In this document: positions 9,720 through 19,671 of the stretch, piece by piece
How the letters are laid out: each line of letters begins with the position of its first letter
Numbering within the stretch: the stretch's first letter is position 1
Assembly (NCBI GenBank): GCA_965203325.1
Contig: OZ241875.1
Span: forward strand, 3,744,001-3,808,000
Direction: 5' to 3'
Origin: a bacterium
Lineage (GTDB): Bacteria > UBA8248
Length of the DNA: 64,000 nt
Position numbers and translations under genes: made by a program
The notes under the pieces: generated by a model
The model's input: only the letters and a program-made list of their open reading frames with translations
The model's database searches: none
What the model was told of the DNA's origin: nothing

Positions 9720-11525
9720 ATGAGGATAAAGGAGCAGGATTCAGCGGGCCGGTTCTTGAGGTTTTCCGTTTGGGCGATGATTCTGTGCCTCACCGCCTTG
9801 AGCGCGTCGGACGCCTCCGCCGCAAGAAAAAAGCGCACTCCGAAAAAACAGGTCACTTCCAAAAAGGGCATTAATTCCAGGGCCGCCTTCCAGGCCCGGG
9901 TGAAACGCGCCGTAAAAAGGCAGTGCGTCCGCCCCGGACGCCTTGGTCTTTATATTCGATCGGTTTCCACATCGCAGACGCTTTATTCCCATAACGCCGC
10001 CACAAGTCGTATACCCGCATCGAACGTCAAACTCTTCACGGCCGCCGCCGCGCTCGCGCGCCTGGGACCGGACTATCGCTTCGCCACCGATTTTTACGCG
10101 AAGGGCAAGGTCCGAGGCGGCGTCGTCCGAGGCGACCTTTATCTCAAGGGTTACGGCGACCCGCTGTTCGTGCATGAAAAGATGCGCGACTTCGTGCGCC
10201 GGCTCAAGCTGCGAGGCGTGAGGCGCATCGAGGGCGACCTTGTGGCGGACGATGCGTTTTTCGACGACAAGAAACATGGGCGCGGGTGGCGCGTGGGCCG
10301 ATCCATCCGGCCCTATCTGGCGCCGCACGGGGCATTGTCCCTGAATTTTGGTTCGGCGAACGTGCTCGTGGCTCCGGGAGATGGGGTCGGCAGGCCTGCC
10401 GTGGTGAACCTCGAGCCGCCTTCGCGCGCGCTTCGCCTCCGGGCGAAGGTGAAGACCTCGCGCAGGAGCTTGAGAATCCGGCTCGGGCGCAGGCGCTCCA
10501 AAGGAAAGGATGTCGTTCAGATCAGCGGCTTGTTTCCGGCAGGGAACAGAATGAAGCTGTACCGGGTCCCCGTCACGGACCCCACCGCCTTCACCGCCGG
10601 GGCAGTCGCCGCCGAAATGGAGAGGCAGGGAATCGCCTTGAAGGGCGGAATCCGGCGGGCCGCCACGCCGCCGGATGCAAAGCTTCTCGCGCGGAACCTC
10701 TCGCCGCCCCTGAGCGAGGTGGTGAGCGGACTCAACAAGTTCAGCAACAATTTCGTGGCCGAGCAGGTTCTCAAGACGATGGGCGCCGAAACGCACGGCG
10801 CGCCGGGTACGGCGGAAAAAGGCCTGCGCGTCGTGCGGGATTTTTTGATCTCCACCGGCGTCTCGGCGAAGGAGATCGCCCTCGCCGATGGTTCGGGCCT
10901 GAGCAGGATGAACCGCTCCTCGCCGCGCGCTCTGGCGACTTTGCTCGAAGCGGCGCACAACGATTTCAGGCTGCGGCCGGAGTTCATGGCGTCGCTGGCC
11001 GTGTTCGGCGTGGACGGGACGGTGAGGAAAAGACGCCGACGCGGGGTCGATTCGCGCCGGGTGCGGGTGAAGACGGGCGTGTTGAACGGCGTGCGCGCCT
11101 TTAGCGGATATGCGGCCGCCGCAAACGGGGAAATTCTCGCTTTCTCTATTCTCATGAACGGAAACGCCTGCCGGCCCAAAAGCCTGACGGGCGAGGTGGT
11201 TCGCTCGATGGTTTCATTGAAGCGGAGCTTTTCGAATCCCGTGAACACTCATCTCAGGGGGGCTCGCGAGATAATGGCGCGCTCCATGCCGAAGCCTTCC
11301 ATCAGGGACGGATGGCGAAGGCGCTCCTCTCCGCGCCCGGGCCCGGTCGGAGAGGGTGATTTAGATTTAGAGGTCCTGGGTCCGGGGATCGTCCCGCTCG
11401 CCGAATCGCCCCTGGATGATTCCCCCGCCGAATTGTCCTTGGAGGATTCCGAAGAAGCAGCCCCGGCGGAAGGAGGCGCCGCATGGCCCTCGAAGAGCGA
11501 CCCGGGCGGGCGTAGCCGTGAGTGA
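9720..11525 (+). CDS. dacB: D-alanyl-D-alanine carboxypeptidase/endopeptidase (PBP4, peptidase S13)
   Basis: PASNVK, LKGYGDP, SNN, DGSGLSR and KTG motifs. Confidence 0.93.
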   Translation: MRIKEQDSAGRFLRFSVWAMILCLTALSASDASAARKKRTPKKQVTSKKGINSRAAFQARVKRAVKRQCVRPGRLGLYIRSVSTSQTLYSHNAATSRIPASNVKLFTAAAALARLGPDYRFATDFYAKGKVRGGVVRGDLYLKGYGDPLFVHEKMRDFVRRLKLRGVRRIEGDLVADDAFFDDKKHGRGWRVGRSIRPYLAPHGALSLNFGSANVLVAPGDGVGRPAVVNLEPPSRALRLRAKVKTSRRSLRIRLGRRRSKGKDVVQISGLFPAGNRMKLYRVPVTDPTAFTAGAVAAEMERQGIALKGGIRRAATPPDAKLLARNLSPPLSEVVSGLNKFSNNFVAEQVLKTMGAETHGAPGTAEKGLRVVRDFLISTGVSAKEIALADGSGLSRMNRSSPRALATLLEAAHNDFRLRPEFMASLAVFGVDGTVRKRRRRGVDSRRVRVKTGVLNGVRAFSGYAAAANGEILAFSILMNGNACRPKSLTGEVVRSMVSLKRSFSNPVNTHLRGAREIMARSMPKPSIRDGWRRRSSPRPGPVGEGDLDLEVLGPGIVPLAESPLDDSPAELSLEDSEEAAPAEGGAAWPSKSDPGGRSRE

Positions 11526-11535
11526 TAAATGAGGG

Positions 11536-13395
11536 ATGCGCTTGTTCGGAGCCGATTCTCCAGGTGCTGCGCCTGCGGGCGGCGCAGGGGAGCATGAAGG
11601 GCCGATGAGCGATTCCACAGGCCCGCTCGCCTTTCCCCGCAAGTGGACACTGCGTCCCGTCGATGAAGAATCCGCCGAAAAACTTTCCCGGGAATTGAAC
11701 GTCCCCCCCCTTCTGGGGAGGCTCCTCGCGCAAAAGGGAATCCGGCACCCCGATGAGGCGCGCAAGTTCCTGGACGCTCCCCTGGCGGGGCTGCACGATC
11801 CGTTTCTGATGAAAGGGATGGAAGACGCCGTTTCCCACCTCCTGGGGTGGATAAGAAACCGCCGCCCCGTCGGCGTTTATGGGGATTACGACGTGGACGG
11901 CATCTCCGCCACGGCGCTCCTTTGCCGGTTTTTCTCCCAGGTGGGCGTCAGGGTTCCCTACTACATTCCGAGCCGTCTGGATGAGGGGTACGGCCTGCAC
12001 CGCAAGGGTCTGGAAAAGCTCAAGGAAGCGGGTTGCGATACGGTGGTGACGGTTGATTGCGGGATCAGCGCGCACGCCGCCGCAAAAGAAGCCGAGGAGA
12101 TGGGCGTTTGCCTCATCATCACCGATCATCATCGCCCGCCCGATGAGTTGCCGCCCGCCCGGGCCGTCCTGAATCCCCGCCAGACGGGTTGTGAATACCC
12201 CTTTCGGGGTCTCAGCGGGGTCGGGGTCGCGTTCAAGCTCATCACCGCAATCCGGAGACGCTTGCATGAGGACGGATTCGGGGTGCCGCTCCCGAACCTC
12301 AAACAGCACCTCGACCTGGTGGCGTTGGGCACGGTAGCCGACGTGGTTCCCCTGCGGGATGAGAATCACATTTTCGTGCGCCACGGGCTTGGGATTCTCT
12401 CCCCGCCCGAAGTGGCCGAGGGCGGGTTCGAGACCCTGGATCGCCGCAAGGCGGGTGTCCGCGCCTTGCAAGCGGCTGCGAACCTCAAAGCCGGCACGCT
12501 CAACGTCGGGCACATCTCCTTTTTGATAGCGCCGAGGCTCAACGCGGCGGGGCGGGTGGGGGAGGCCTCCTTGGGCGTCGAGCTTCTCACCGCCGATGAC
12601 GAGGGCGAGGCGCGCTCGCGCGCGGAGGTGCTCGAGGAGTGGAACCGGCAGCGTCAGAATCTGCAGCAGCAAGCATGGGAGGAGGCGATGGCCATGATGA
12701 ACTCGTCGGGAGCGGCCGCTCGTGATGACGCCATCGTTCTCGCGAGCGGCAAGTGGCATCCCGGCGTGGTGGGCATCGTGGCCGCGAAGCTCGCGGAGGA
12801 GTATCACCAGCCCTCGGTTCTCATCCACTTAAAAGACGGGGTGGGGAAGGGCTCGGTTCGCTCCGCCATGGGTCTTCACGTATATGATGCGCTCGCGCAT
12901 TGTTCGGACCTTTTGATCCAGTTCGGCGGGCACAAGGGCGCCGCGGGCCTCAAGGTGGCGGAGGAGAAGATAGACGCCTTCAGGGAGCGTTTCCGGGAGG
13001 TGATTCGCGGGATGAAGAAATCCGGAGACGATGAGCGTGAACTCTTGCTCGACGCCCGCGTCGATTTTTCCGAAATGGACGCGCCGCTCCTCGAACGACT
13101 CGAAGAAATGGCGCCCTTCGGAGAGGAGAACCCGCGGCCCGTGTTCTGCGCCTCACGTGTCGAGGTGGCCGGAAGTCCCGGCGCCGTGGGCCGCGAGGGC
13201 GAGCACCTGAAGCTGAACTTGCGGCAGTTCCGCGAGGAGAGAGAAGCCATCGGCTTCGGCATGGGGGGGCTGCTCAAGGAGCCGGAGCGTTTGAGGGGCA
13301 GGCTCGACGTGGCGTTTTCCCCCGGCCTGAACCGCTGGCGCGGCAAGACCACGGTGCAGCTTGAACTGCGCGCCATCCGCCCGGCGGAAGTCTAG
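11536..13395 (+). CDS. recJ: Single-stranded-DNA exonuclease RecJ (start possibly 11605)
   Basis: GDYDVDG, TVDCG, TDHH, LGTVAD, PRLNAAGR and FGGHKGAAG motifs. Confidence 0.96.
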   Translation: MRLFGADSPGAAPAGGAGEHEGPMSDSTGPLAFPRKWTLRPVDEESAEKLSRELNVPPLLGRLLAQKGIRHPDEARKFLDAPLAGLHDPFLMKGMEDAVSHLLGWIRNRRPVGVYGDYDVDGISATALLCRFFSQVGVRVPYYIPSRLDEGYGLHRKGLEKLKEAGCDTVVTVDCGISAHAAAKEAEEMGVCLIITDHHRPPDELPPARAVLNPRQTGCEYPFRGLSGVGVAFKLITAIRRRLHEDGFGVPLPNLKQHLDLVALGTVADVVPLRDENHIFVRHGLGILSPPEVAEGGFETLDRRKAGVRALQAAANLKAGTLNVGHISFLIAPRLNAAGRVGEASLGVELLTADDEGEARSRAEVLEEWNRQRQNLQQQAWEEAMAMMNSSGAAARDDAIVLASGKWHPGVVGIVAAKLAEEYHQPSVLIHLKDGVGKGSVRSAMGLHVYDALAHCSDLLIQFGGHKGAAGLKVAEEKIDAFRERFREVIRGMKKSGDDERELLLDARVDFSEMDAPLLERLEEMAPFGEENPRPVFCASRVEVAGSPGAVGREGEHLKLNLRQFREEREAIGFGMGGLLKEPERLRGRLDVAFSPGLNRWRGKTTVQLELRAIRPAEV

Positions 13396-14552
13396 CCGAA
13401 CAGGGTTTCGAGAGACTCCCTGTCGTCGGGCTTCATCGAGAATTCGCTCAAATCATCGAGCTTCAGGTTTTTCGATAACATCATGACCTTGATGGCCCCG
13501 CCCAGACCCGTGGGGCCCATGATGCCCATGACGGACTGGCGTTCGCGCCTCGTCTTTTCATCGTCCTCGCCCGCCGCTTTTTCCAGCGCCTGTGAGAGGC
13601 CGGCGCCCAGGAGAAAGTGCGCCTGATCGGTGAAGCCCGCGAGTTTCATTCCGTGAGTGGCGGCCGCTCGCAGAATGGAAGTGAAGTCGACGTGGGTAGT
13701 GAGGTCGGTCTCCCCGGGATGTGAGAGAACGTCGTTCACGAGGGTGTGGTTCCTGTAGCCGCGGAGCGCGCCGTCGGGGCGGGTGGGGCTGTATAGGGCG
13801 CGCGCGGAGAAGCCGTAGTCGAAGATCAGGACCGCGCCCCGCTCCATCCGGCGCGCCACTTCGTTCACCCAATCGAAGGCGCACAGGTTCACCTCCGCCA
13901 TTTGGCCCCTGGAAAGTCGAATTTCCAAATCGGAGAACCAGTCTCGTAGGCGCTCATCCGAGGGCGGGCCTTCGCAAAACTGAAGCCTCTCGCCGCGCTG
14001 CGCCACGTATTTCTCTTGTAGATGTCTTTCTTTCTGGATGAGGGCGTGGACGGGCAGGGCGTCCAGGAACTCATGGGCGAGTACGACGCCCTCGAAGCCT
14101 GCGGGCGGATATAGGGAAGCGTCGGCGAATCGAATCTCATCGGAGACCTGGAATTTCTCCCGTATCCGCTTTCTCGCCTGTGCGCTTTGTTCGGCGAACG
14201 TATATGCGATGGCCCGGTGGAGGGCCGCAAGGGATGAGCGAGTCGCCTCGAGGATGTCGAAGGCGAGCCATCCCTCCCCCGGGCCGTATTCCCAAACGGG
14301 AAGCGAGGGCGGCTCATCCATGCTTCTCCGGATTTTCTCGAGTAGCGGCGCGATCATCCGTCCGAGCCAGGGGCTCTGGTGGGGAGAGGTGTAGAAATCC
14401 CCGTCAGGACCGATTCGCGAACTTTCCCGGCAATAGTAACCGCCCTGCGGGTGATAGAGGGCGATTTCCATGAAGTGCCGAAAGGGAATGGGGCCGTCTT
14501 CGAGCGCATTCGCCAATGCTTTTGAGAGGTCAGGATGAGAGGCGATGTTCAT
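13392..14552 (-). CDS. SAM-dependent methyltransferase, MidA/NDUFAF7 family
   Basis: FMEIALYHPQGGYY, GDFYTSP, EYGPGEG, HEFLDALP, DYG and DLTTHVDF motifs. Confidence 0.88.
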   Translation of the reverse strand: MNIASHPDLSKALANALEDGPIPFRHFMEIALYHPQGGYYCRESSRIGPDGDFYTSPHQSPWLGRMIAPLLEKIRRSMDEPPSLPVWEYGPGEGWLAFDILEATRSSLAALHRAIAYTFAEQSAQARKRIREKFQVSDEIRFADASLYPPAGFEGVVLAHEFLDALPVHALIQKERHLQEKYVAQRGERLQFCEGPPSDERLRDWFSDLEIRLSRGQMAEVNLCAFDWVNEVARRMERGAVLIFDYGFSARALYSPTRPDGALRGYRNHTLVNDVLSHPGETDLTTHVDFTSILRAAATHGMKLAGFTDQAHFLLGAGLSQALEKAAGEDDEKTRRERQSVMGIMGPTGLGGAIKVMMLSKNLKLDDLSEFSMKPDDRESLETLFG

Positions 14553-14685
14553 GGCGCAGAGTATACACTCGGAGAAGACGGGCAAGAAGTGCGAGCCGGC
14601 CGGCGCATCCCCTTGATTCCGCCGGTTGTAATATCTATCATCCGGGGAGAGAGGACTGATTGCAGCATCAAGAGTGAGGAATCGC

Positions 14686-14937
14686 ATGAAAGTTCGCGTG
14701 AAATGCTTCGCCTGGGCCAAGGAGGTGACGGGCGAGGACGAAATCGACCTGGAAGTGCCCGAGAGCGCCACGGTGGCCGATTTGAGAGATAGCCTCGCCG
14801 AGCGGTTTCCGGTTTTTTCCGGACGCATGGAGTCCATCGCGGTCTCCGTCAATCAGGAGTTCGCGGGCGAGGGCACGCCCGTGGATGCGGGCGATGAACT
14901 GGCGTTGATTCCACCCATCAGCGGAGGTTGCGCATGA
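14686..14937 (+). CDS. moaD: Molybdopterin synthase sulfur carrier subunit, with C-terminal GG-CA
   Basis: MKVRVKCFA...AVSVNQEF...GDELALIPPISGG(CA); directly upstream of moaE. Confidence 0.92.
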   Translation: MKVRVKCFAWAKEVTGEDEIDLEVPESATVADLRDSLAERFPVFSGRMESIAVSVNQEFAGEGTPVDAGDELALIPPISGGCA

Positions 14938-15395
14938 TTTGCCGCATCACCGATTCTGCCATCGACATGGACGAGTTGACGGAGAGCCTCGATTCCCCTG
15001 AGCTGGGCGGGCTGTGCACGTTCGTCGGCAAGGTCCGCAACCACAGCGCGGGGCAGGGGGTGACGCATCTCGAATACCACGCCTACCCCGAGATGGCGGA
15101 GAAGAAGATGCGCCAGGTGGCCGAGGAGATCGAGGAGCGCTTCGGCGTCGCGCATCTGGCGATGGCCCACCGGGTGGGAACCCTTGCCATCGGCGATATC
15201 GCGGTGGGCATCGCGGCGGCCTCCGCCCACCGGGACGCGGCCTTCAAGGCGTGCCGCTACGCGATCGACCGCATCAAGCAGATCGTGCCGATATGGAAGA
15301 AGGAATACGGCGAAGACGGCGTGGCATGGGTCGAGGGCTGCGCGGTGGACGCGGAAACAGCGGAACCTCAGAAAGCGCAAAACGAGCGCGTTTGA
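14934..15395 (+). CDS. moaE: Molybdopterin synthase catalytic subunit
   Basis: FVGKVRN, LEYHAYPEMA, HRVG, SAHR and KQIVPIWKKE motifs; ATGA overlap with moaD. Confidence 0.95.
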   Translation: MICRITDSAIDMDELTESLDSPELGGLCTFVGKVRNHSAGQGVTHLEYHAYPEMAEKKMRQVAEEIEERFGVAHLAMAHRVGTLAIGDIAVGIAAASAHRDAAFKACRYAIDRIKQIVPIWKKEYGEDGVAWVEGCAVDAETAEPQKAQNERV

Positions 15396-15611
15396 CTTTT
15401 TTTCCCCTCAAGCTAGAATTTACCTCATCCTCTAATGAATCGCGCCGCCCGGCGGCGGCGTTTGGTGTCTTTGACGTATTTTTGTTTCATTTCTTTAACT
15501 GAATACGCACATATAGAACTTCGTTTCATCCTGCTTTGGAAACATTTGAAGAAAGGGCGGATTTTCCGCCGTGAGATTAGATGTTTTTCCCACCTGAAAG
15601 GAGGATAGAAA

Positions 15612-16805
15612 ATGAAAGCAGCTCGCATCTTCATTGCAATCGCATTTGTGGTGACGACGGCGTTCTTCGCCAGCCCGGCACTGGCGGCGGACGAAATCCA
15701 CATGGGCGGAGCCATCTCCCAGACGGGCCGTTATGCGGAGCCGGCCGGCAGGTTCGTGAACGCCTACAAGTTGTTCATCGATCAGCTGAACGCCAAGGGT
15801 GGTCTGCTGGGAAAGAAGATTAAAGTCACTCTCCTGGACGACAAATCGGACAAGCAGACGAGTATCAAGCTCTACGAGAAGCTCATCACGCAGGACAAGG
15901 TCGATATCACGCTCGGCCCCTATTCGAGCGGCATCACCGACGCCGTGGCCAACGTGCTGGAACGGTACAAGTACCCCACGCTGGCGCCGGGCGCCTCCTC
16001 CGGCATCATCTGGAAGAAGGGCAGAAAATACCTGTTCAACCAGAACGCCATCGCCCAGAACTATCAAAGGGGCGCCGTATTTCTCGCCAAGGACATCGGG
16101 GTGAAGCGAATCGCCATCGTCGGCGAGGACAGCCTCTTCCCCAGGCAGTCGGCCGAGGGCGCCGTTCATTGGGCGAAGCATCTCGGCATCGAGGTGGTGC
16201 TGAACGAGAACTATCCGCGCAAACAGACCGACTTCACCGCGCTGCTTCAGAAAATCAAGGCGCGCCGCGCGGATGCGCTTATCTCGAACAGCTATTTTGC
16301 GGATGCCGTGGCCCAGATTCGCCAGCTCAGAGAGCTCAACATCAACCTCAAGATTTTCGCCGGAACCGTCGGCCCCGGCCTGCCCAAGTTCGCCAAGCAG
16401 CTCGGCAACACGGCGGAATACGTGCTGGGCTTCAGCCAGTGGGAGCCCCGGCCCGAGATTCTGAAGTTCCCGGGCATGGAGCATTTCATCGACTCCTACG
16501 TAAAGCGTCACAAAGTGAAGCCGAACTACCACGCCGGAATCGCCTGGGTATCGATGCAGGTTATGACCCAGGCGATAAAGAAGGCGGGTTCTCATGATCG
16601 CCAGAAGGTCTGGAAGACGCTTCGCACCTCGCAGTTCCAGACCATCATGGGAAAATGGAAGGTCGATGAGAACAACCTGAACGATCATGACGGCCTGACC
16701 TTCCAGATTCTCGACGGCCAGCGCAAGATCGTCTGGCCGAAGGAGATCGCGGAAGTCCCCTACAAGCTGCCGATGCCCAAGTGGAAGGACAGGGCCAAGA
16801 ACTAG
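15612..16805 (+). CDS. Branched-chain amino acid-type ABC substrate-binding protein, paralog 1
   Basis: Signal peptide; SQTG, NAKGGLLG, DDKS and GPYSS motifs of the LivJ-like fold; RBS GAGGA. Confidence 0.9.
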   Translation: MKAARIFIAIAFVVTTAFFASPALAADEIHMGGAISQTGRYAEPAGRFVNAYKLFIDQLNAKGGLLGKKIKVTLLDDKSDKQTSIKLYEKLITQDKVDITLGPYSSGITDAVANVLERYKYPTLAPGASSGIIWKKGRKYLFNQNAIAQNYQRGAVFLAKDIGVKRIAIVGEDSLFPRQSAEGAVHWAKHLGIEVVLNENYPRKQTDFTALLQKIKARRADALISNSYFADAVAQIRQLRELNINLKIFAGTVGPGLPKFAKQLGNTAEYVLGFSQWEPRPEILKFPGMEHFIDSYVKRHKVKPNYHAGIAWVSMQVMTQAIKKAGSHDRQKVWKTLRTSQFQTIMGKWKVDENNLNDHDGLTFQILDGQRKIVWPKEIAEVPYKLPMPKWKDRAKN

Positions 16806-16899
16806 GAAGTCGGCTTGTATGGCGAAGGTTGTTCAACTGCAGTGCGTCGTATTGTGATGGCGGCGCAACCTTTGAACTTCCATAAGAGGAGTATAGGAG

Positions 16900-18096
16900 A
16901 TGAAGAAAAGCCTTGTTTTGGTTCTCGGCTTTGTTCTCGCCCTCACGGCTGCTCCCTTCGTGGAGAAAAGCCACGCGAAGGACAAGGTCACACTGGGGAT
17001 CGCCATTTCGCAGACGGGCCGTTACGCCGAGCCCGCCGGACGTATGGTGAACTCCTACCATCTGTATGTGGATCAGATGAACGCCAAGGGTGGTTGGCTC
17101 GGCAAGAAAATCGATATGATCATCCTGGACGACAAATCGGACAAGCAGACGAGCATCAAGCTCTACGAGAAGCTGATCACGCAGGACAAGGTGGACCTGA
17201 CCATGGGCCCCTACTCCAGCGGCATCACCGACGCCGTGGCCAACGTGCTGGAAAGATACAAGTACCCCACGCTGGCGCCGGGCGCCGCCTCGGGCATCAT
17301 CTGGAAGAAGGGCCGCAAGTATCTCTTCGACATCATCGCCGTCGCCCAGGACTACCAGAAGGGCGCGCTCCACATCGCCAAGGACATCGGGGTGAAGCGT
17401 ATCGCCATCATCGGCGAGGACAGCCTCTTCCCGCGCCAGTCGGCGGAAGGCGCCGTGGAGTGGGCGAAGAAGCTCGGCCTCAAGGTGGTGTTGAACGAGA
17501 ACTATCCACGCAAGCAGACCGACTTCACCGCGCTGCTTCAGAAGATCAAGGCGCGCCGCGCGGAGGCGCTCATCTCGAACAGCTACTTCGCGGACGCCGC
17601 GGCGCAGATTCGCCAGCTTAGAGAGCTCAACATCAACATGAAGATCTTCGCCGGAACCGTCGGCCCGGGCCTGCCCAAGTTCGCGAAGCAGCTCGGCAAC
17701 ACGGCGGAGTACGTTCTGGGCTTCAGCCAGTGGGAGCCCAAGCCGGAAATCCTCAAGCGGCCCGGCATGAGGGCTTTCATCGCGGCGTATAAGAAGCGCT
17801 ACGGCGTGGATCCGAACTACCATGCGGGTCAGTCTTATGCGTCCATGCAGGTTTTCGGCGAAGCGGTAAAACGAGCCGGCTCCATTGACAGGGACAAGGT
17901 ATGGAGGACGATGCGCACCATGAGCACCACGACCATCATCGGTCCCTGGAAAGTGGACGATACCAACATGAACAATCACGAGGGCTTGACCTTCCAGATT
18001 CTCGACGGCCAGCGCAAGATCGTGTGGCCCAAGAAGATATCGGAAGTGCCCTACAAGCTGCCGATGCCCAAATGGAAGGAAAGGGCCAAGAACTAG
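16900..18096 (+). CDS. Branched-chain amino acid-type ABC substrate-binding protein, paralog 2
   Basis: Long identical blocks shared with paralogs 1 and 3; RBS AGGAG. Confidence 0.9.
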   Translation: MKKSLVLVLGFVLALTAAPFVEKSHAKDKVTLGIAISQTGRYAEPAGRMVNSYHLYVDQMNAKGGWLGKKIDMIILDDKSDKQTSIKLYEKLITQDKVDLTMGPYSSGITDAVANVLERYKYPTLAPGAASGIIWKKGRKYLFDIIAVAQDYQKGALHIAKDIGVKRIAIIGEDSLFPRQSAEGAVEWAKKLGLKVVLNENYPRKQTDFTALLQKIKARRAEALISNSYFADAAAQIRQLRELNINMKIFAGTVGPGLPKFAKQLGNTAEYVLGFSQWEPKPEILKRPGMRAFIAAYKKRYGVDPNYHAGQSYASMQVFGEAVKRAGSIDRDKVWRTMRTMSTTTIIGPWKVDDTNMNNHEGLTFQILDGQRKIVWPKKISEVPYKLPMPKWKERAKN

Positions 18097-18140
18097 GGCG
18101 GCTTAAGGGATAAGAACCGGTTTTCCTGCGTAATCGCATG

Positions 18141-18178
18141 ATCCCGCCCCGCGCCCGGTTTCGCGTGGGGCGGGATTT
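18141..18178 (+). terminator. GC-rich hairpin after paralog 2 (terminator or mRNA stabiliser)
   Basis: ATCCCGCCCCGCGC / GCGTGGGGCGGGAT inverted repeat followed by a short T run. Confidence 0.6.
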
Positions 18179-18233
18179 GCGCCGGGGCGAAAACTATTTG
18201 AGGGTTGTTCGCAAATTCTTTGTAAAACACCCT

Positions 18234-18261
18234 TTGACATATGAAACAATATGCGTATCAT
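18234..18261 (+). promoter_or_regulatory. Sigma70-like promoter upstream of paralog 3
   Basis: TTGACA-N16-TATCAT in an AT-rich intergenic region. Confidence 0.6.
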
Positions 18262-18434
18262 ATCGCACCTATTGATAGCTTAAATGCGTATCCGGAACTT
18301 CGAGAAGTAGAATTTTCTCGCGAAGGAATAGTCTGAATTACCGCGATGTCGCCGTTATTTTACGAGCAGCAATTTCATCTTGTTTTCTGTTGTAAGGCAG
18401 TTTGTTTTTGTTTCCATCAAAGGAGTGTAAAGAA

Positions 18435-19631
18435 ATGAAGAAATGCCTTGTTTTGGTTCTCGGCTTTGTTCTCGCTCTCACGGCTGCTCCCTTCGTGGAG
18501 AAAAGCCACGCGATGGACAAGGTCACCCTGGGGATCGCCATTTCACAGACGGGCCGCTACGCTGAGCCCGCCGGCCGTATGGTGAACTCCTACAAGCTGT
18601 ACGTTGATCAGGTGAACGCCGGCAAAGGATGGAACGGCAAGAAAATCGACTTCACCATCCTGGACGACAAATCGGACAAGCAGACGAGCATCAAGCTGTA
18701 TGAGAAGCTGATCACGCAGGACAAGGTCAACCTGACCATCGGCCCCTACTCGAGCGGCATCACCGACGCCGTGGCCAACGTGCTGGAAAGGTACAAGTAC
18801 CCCACGATGGCGCCGGGCGCCTCCTCGGGCATCATCTGGAAGAAGGGCCGCAAGTATCTGTTCAACATCATCGCCGTCGCCCAGGACTATCAGAAGGGCG
18901 CGATTCACCTCGCCAAGGAAATCGGCGTGAAACGCATCGCCATCGTCGGCGAGGACAGCCTCTTCCCGCGCCAGTCGGCGGAAGGCGCCGTGGATTGGGC
19001 GAAAAAGCTCGGCATCAAAGTGGTGTTGAACGAAAACTATCCGCGCAAGCAGACCGACTTCACCGCGCTGCTTCAGAAAATCAAGGCGCGCCGTGCAGAG
19101 GCGCTCATCTCGAACAGCTACTTCGCGGACGCCGCGGCGCAGATTCGCCAGCTTCGCGAATTGAATATCAACCTCAAGATTTTCGCCGGAACCGTCGGCC
19201 CGGGTCTGCCCAAGTTCGCCAAGCAGCTCGGCGACACGGCGGAATACGTTCTCGGCTTCAGCCAGTGGGAGCCCAAGCCGGCCATCCTCAAGCGGCCCGG
19301 CATGAAGGAGTTCATCGCGGCGTACGAGAAGCGCTACGGCGTGAAGCCGAACTACCACGCAGGCCAGTCCTATGCGGCCCTGCAGATTTTCGGCGATGCG
19401 GTGGCGAAAGCCGGTTCCGCGGATCGGGTCAAGGTGTGGAAAGCGCTGCGCACCATGAAGACCATGACCGTCATCGGTCCCTGGAAGGTGGACGACACCA
19501 ACCTGAACCAGCATGAAGGATTGACCTTCCAGATTCTCGACGGCCAGCGCAAGATCGTGTGGCCCAAGAAGATTTCGGAAGTCCCCTACAAGCTGCCGAT
19601 GCCCCAATGGAAGGAAAGAGGCAAGAACTAG
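18435..19631 (+). CDS. Branched-chain amino acid-type ABC substrate-binding protein, paralog 3
   Basis: Near-identical signal peptide to paralog 2; RBS AAGGAG before ATG 18435. Confidence 0.9.
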   Translation: MKKCLVLVLGFVLALTAAPFVEKSHAMDKVTLGIAISQTGRYAEPAGRMVNSYKLYVDQVNAGKGWNGKKIDFTILDDKSDKQTSIKLYEKLITQDKVNLTIGPYSSGITDAVANVLERYKYPTMAPGASSGIIWKKGRKYLFNIIAVAQDYQKGAIHLAKEIGVKRIAIVGEDSLFPRQSAEGAVDWAKKLGIKVVLNENYPRKQTDFTALLQKIKARRAEALISNSYFADAAAQIRQLRELNINLKIFAGTVGPGLPKFAKQLGDTAEYVLGFSQWEPKPAILKRPGMKEFIAAYEKRYGVKPNYHAGQSYAALQIFGDAVAKAGSADRVKVWKALRTMKTMTVIGPWKVDDTNLNQHEGLTFQILDGQRKIVWPKKISEVPYKLPMPQWKERGKN

Positions 19632-19671
19632 GGGTTGCATGAAACGCGAAAATGCAATAAACACTTGAACT

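Noticed and set aside
14553..14685. Possible Moco riboswitch upstream of moaD
   Set aside because: I could not identify the conserved structure by eye, and the region is short and shared with a divergent promoter. An Rfam scan would be needed.
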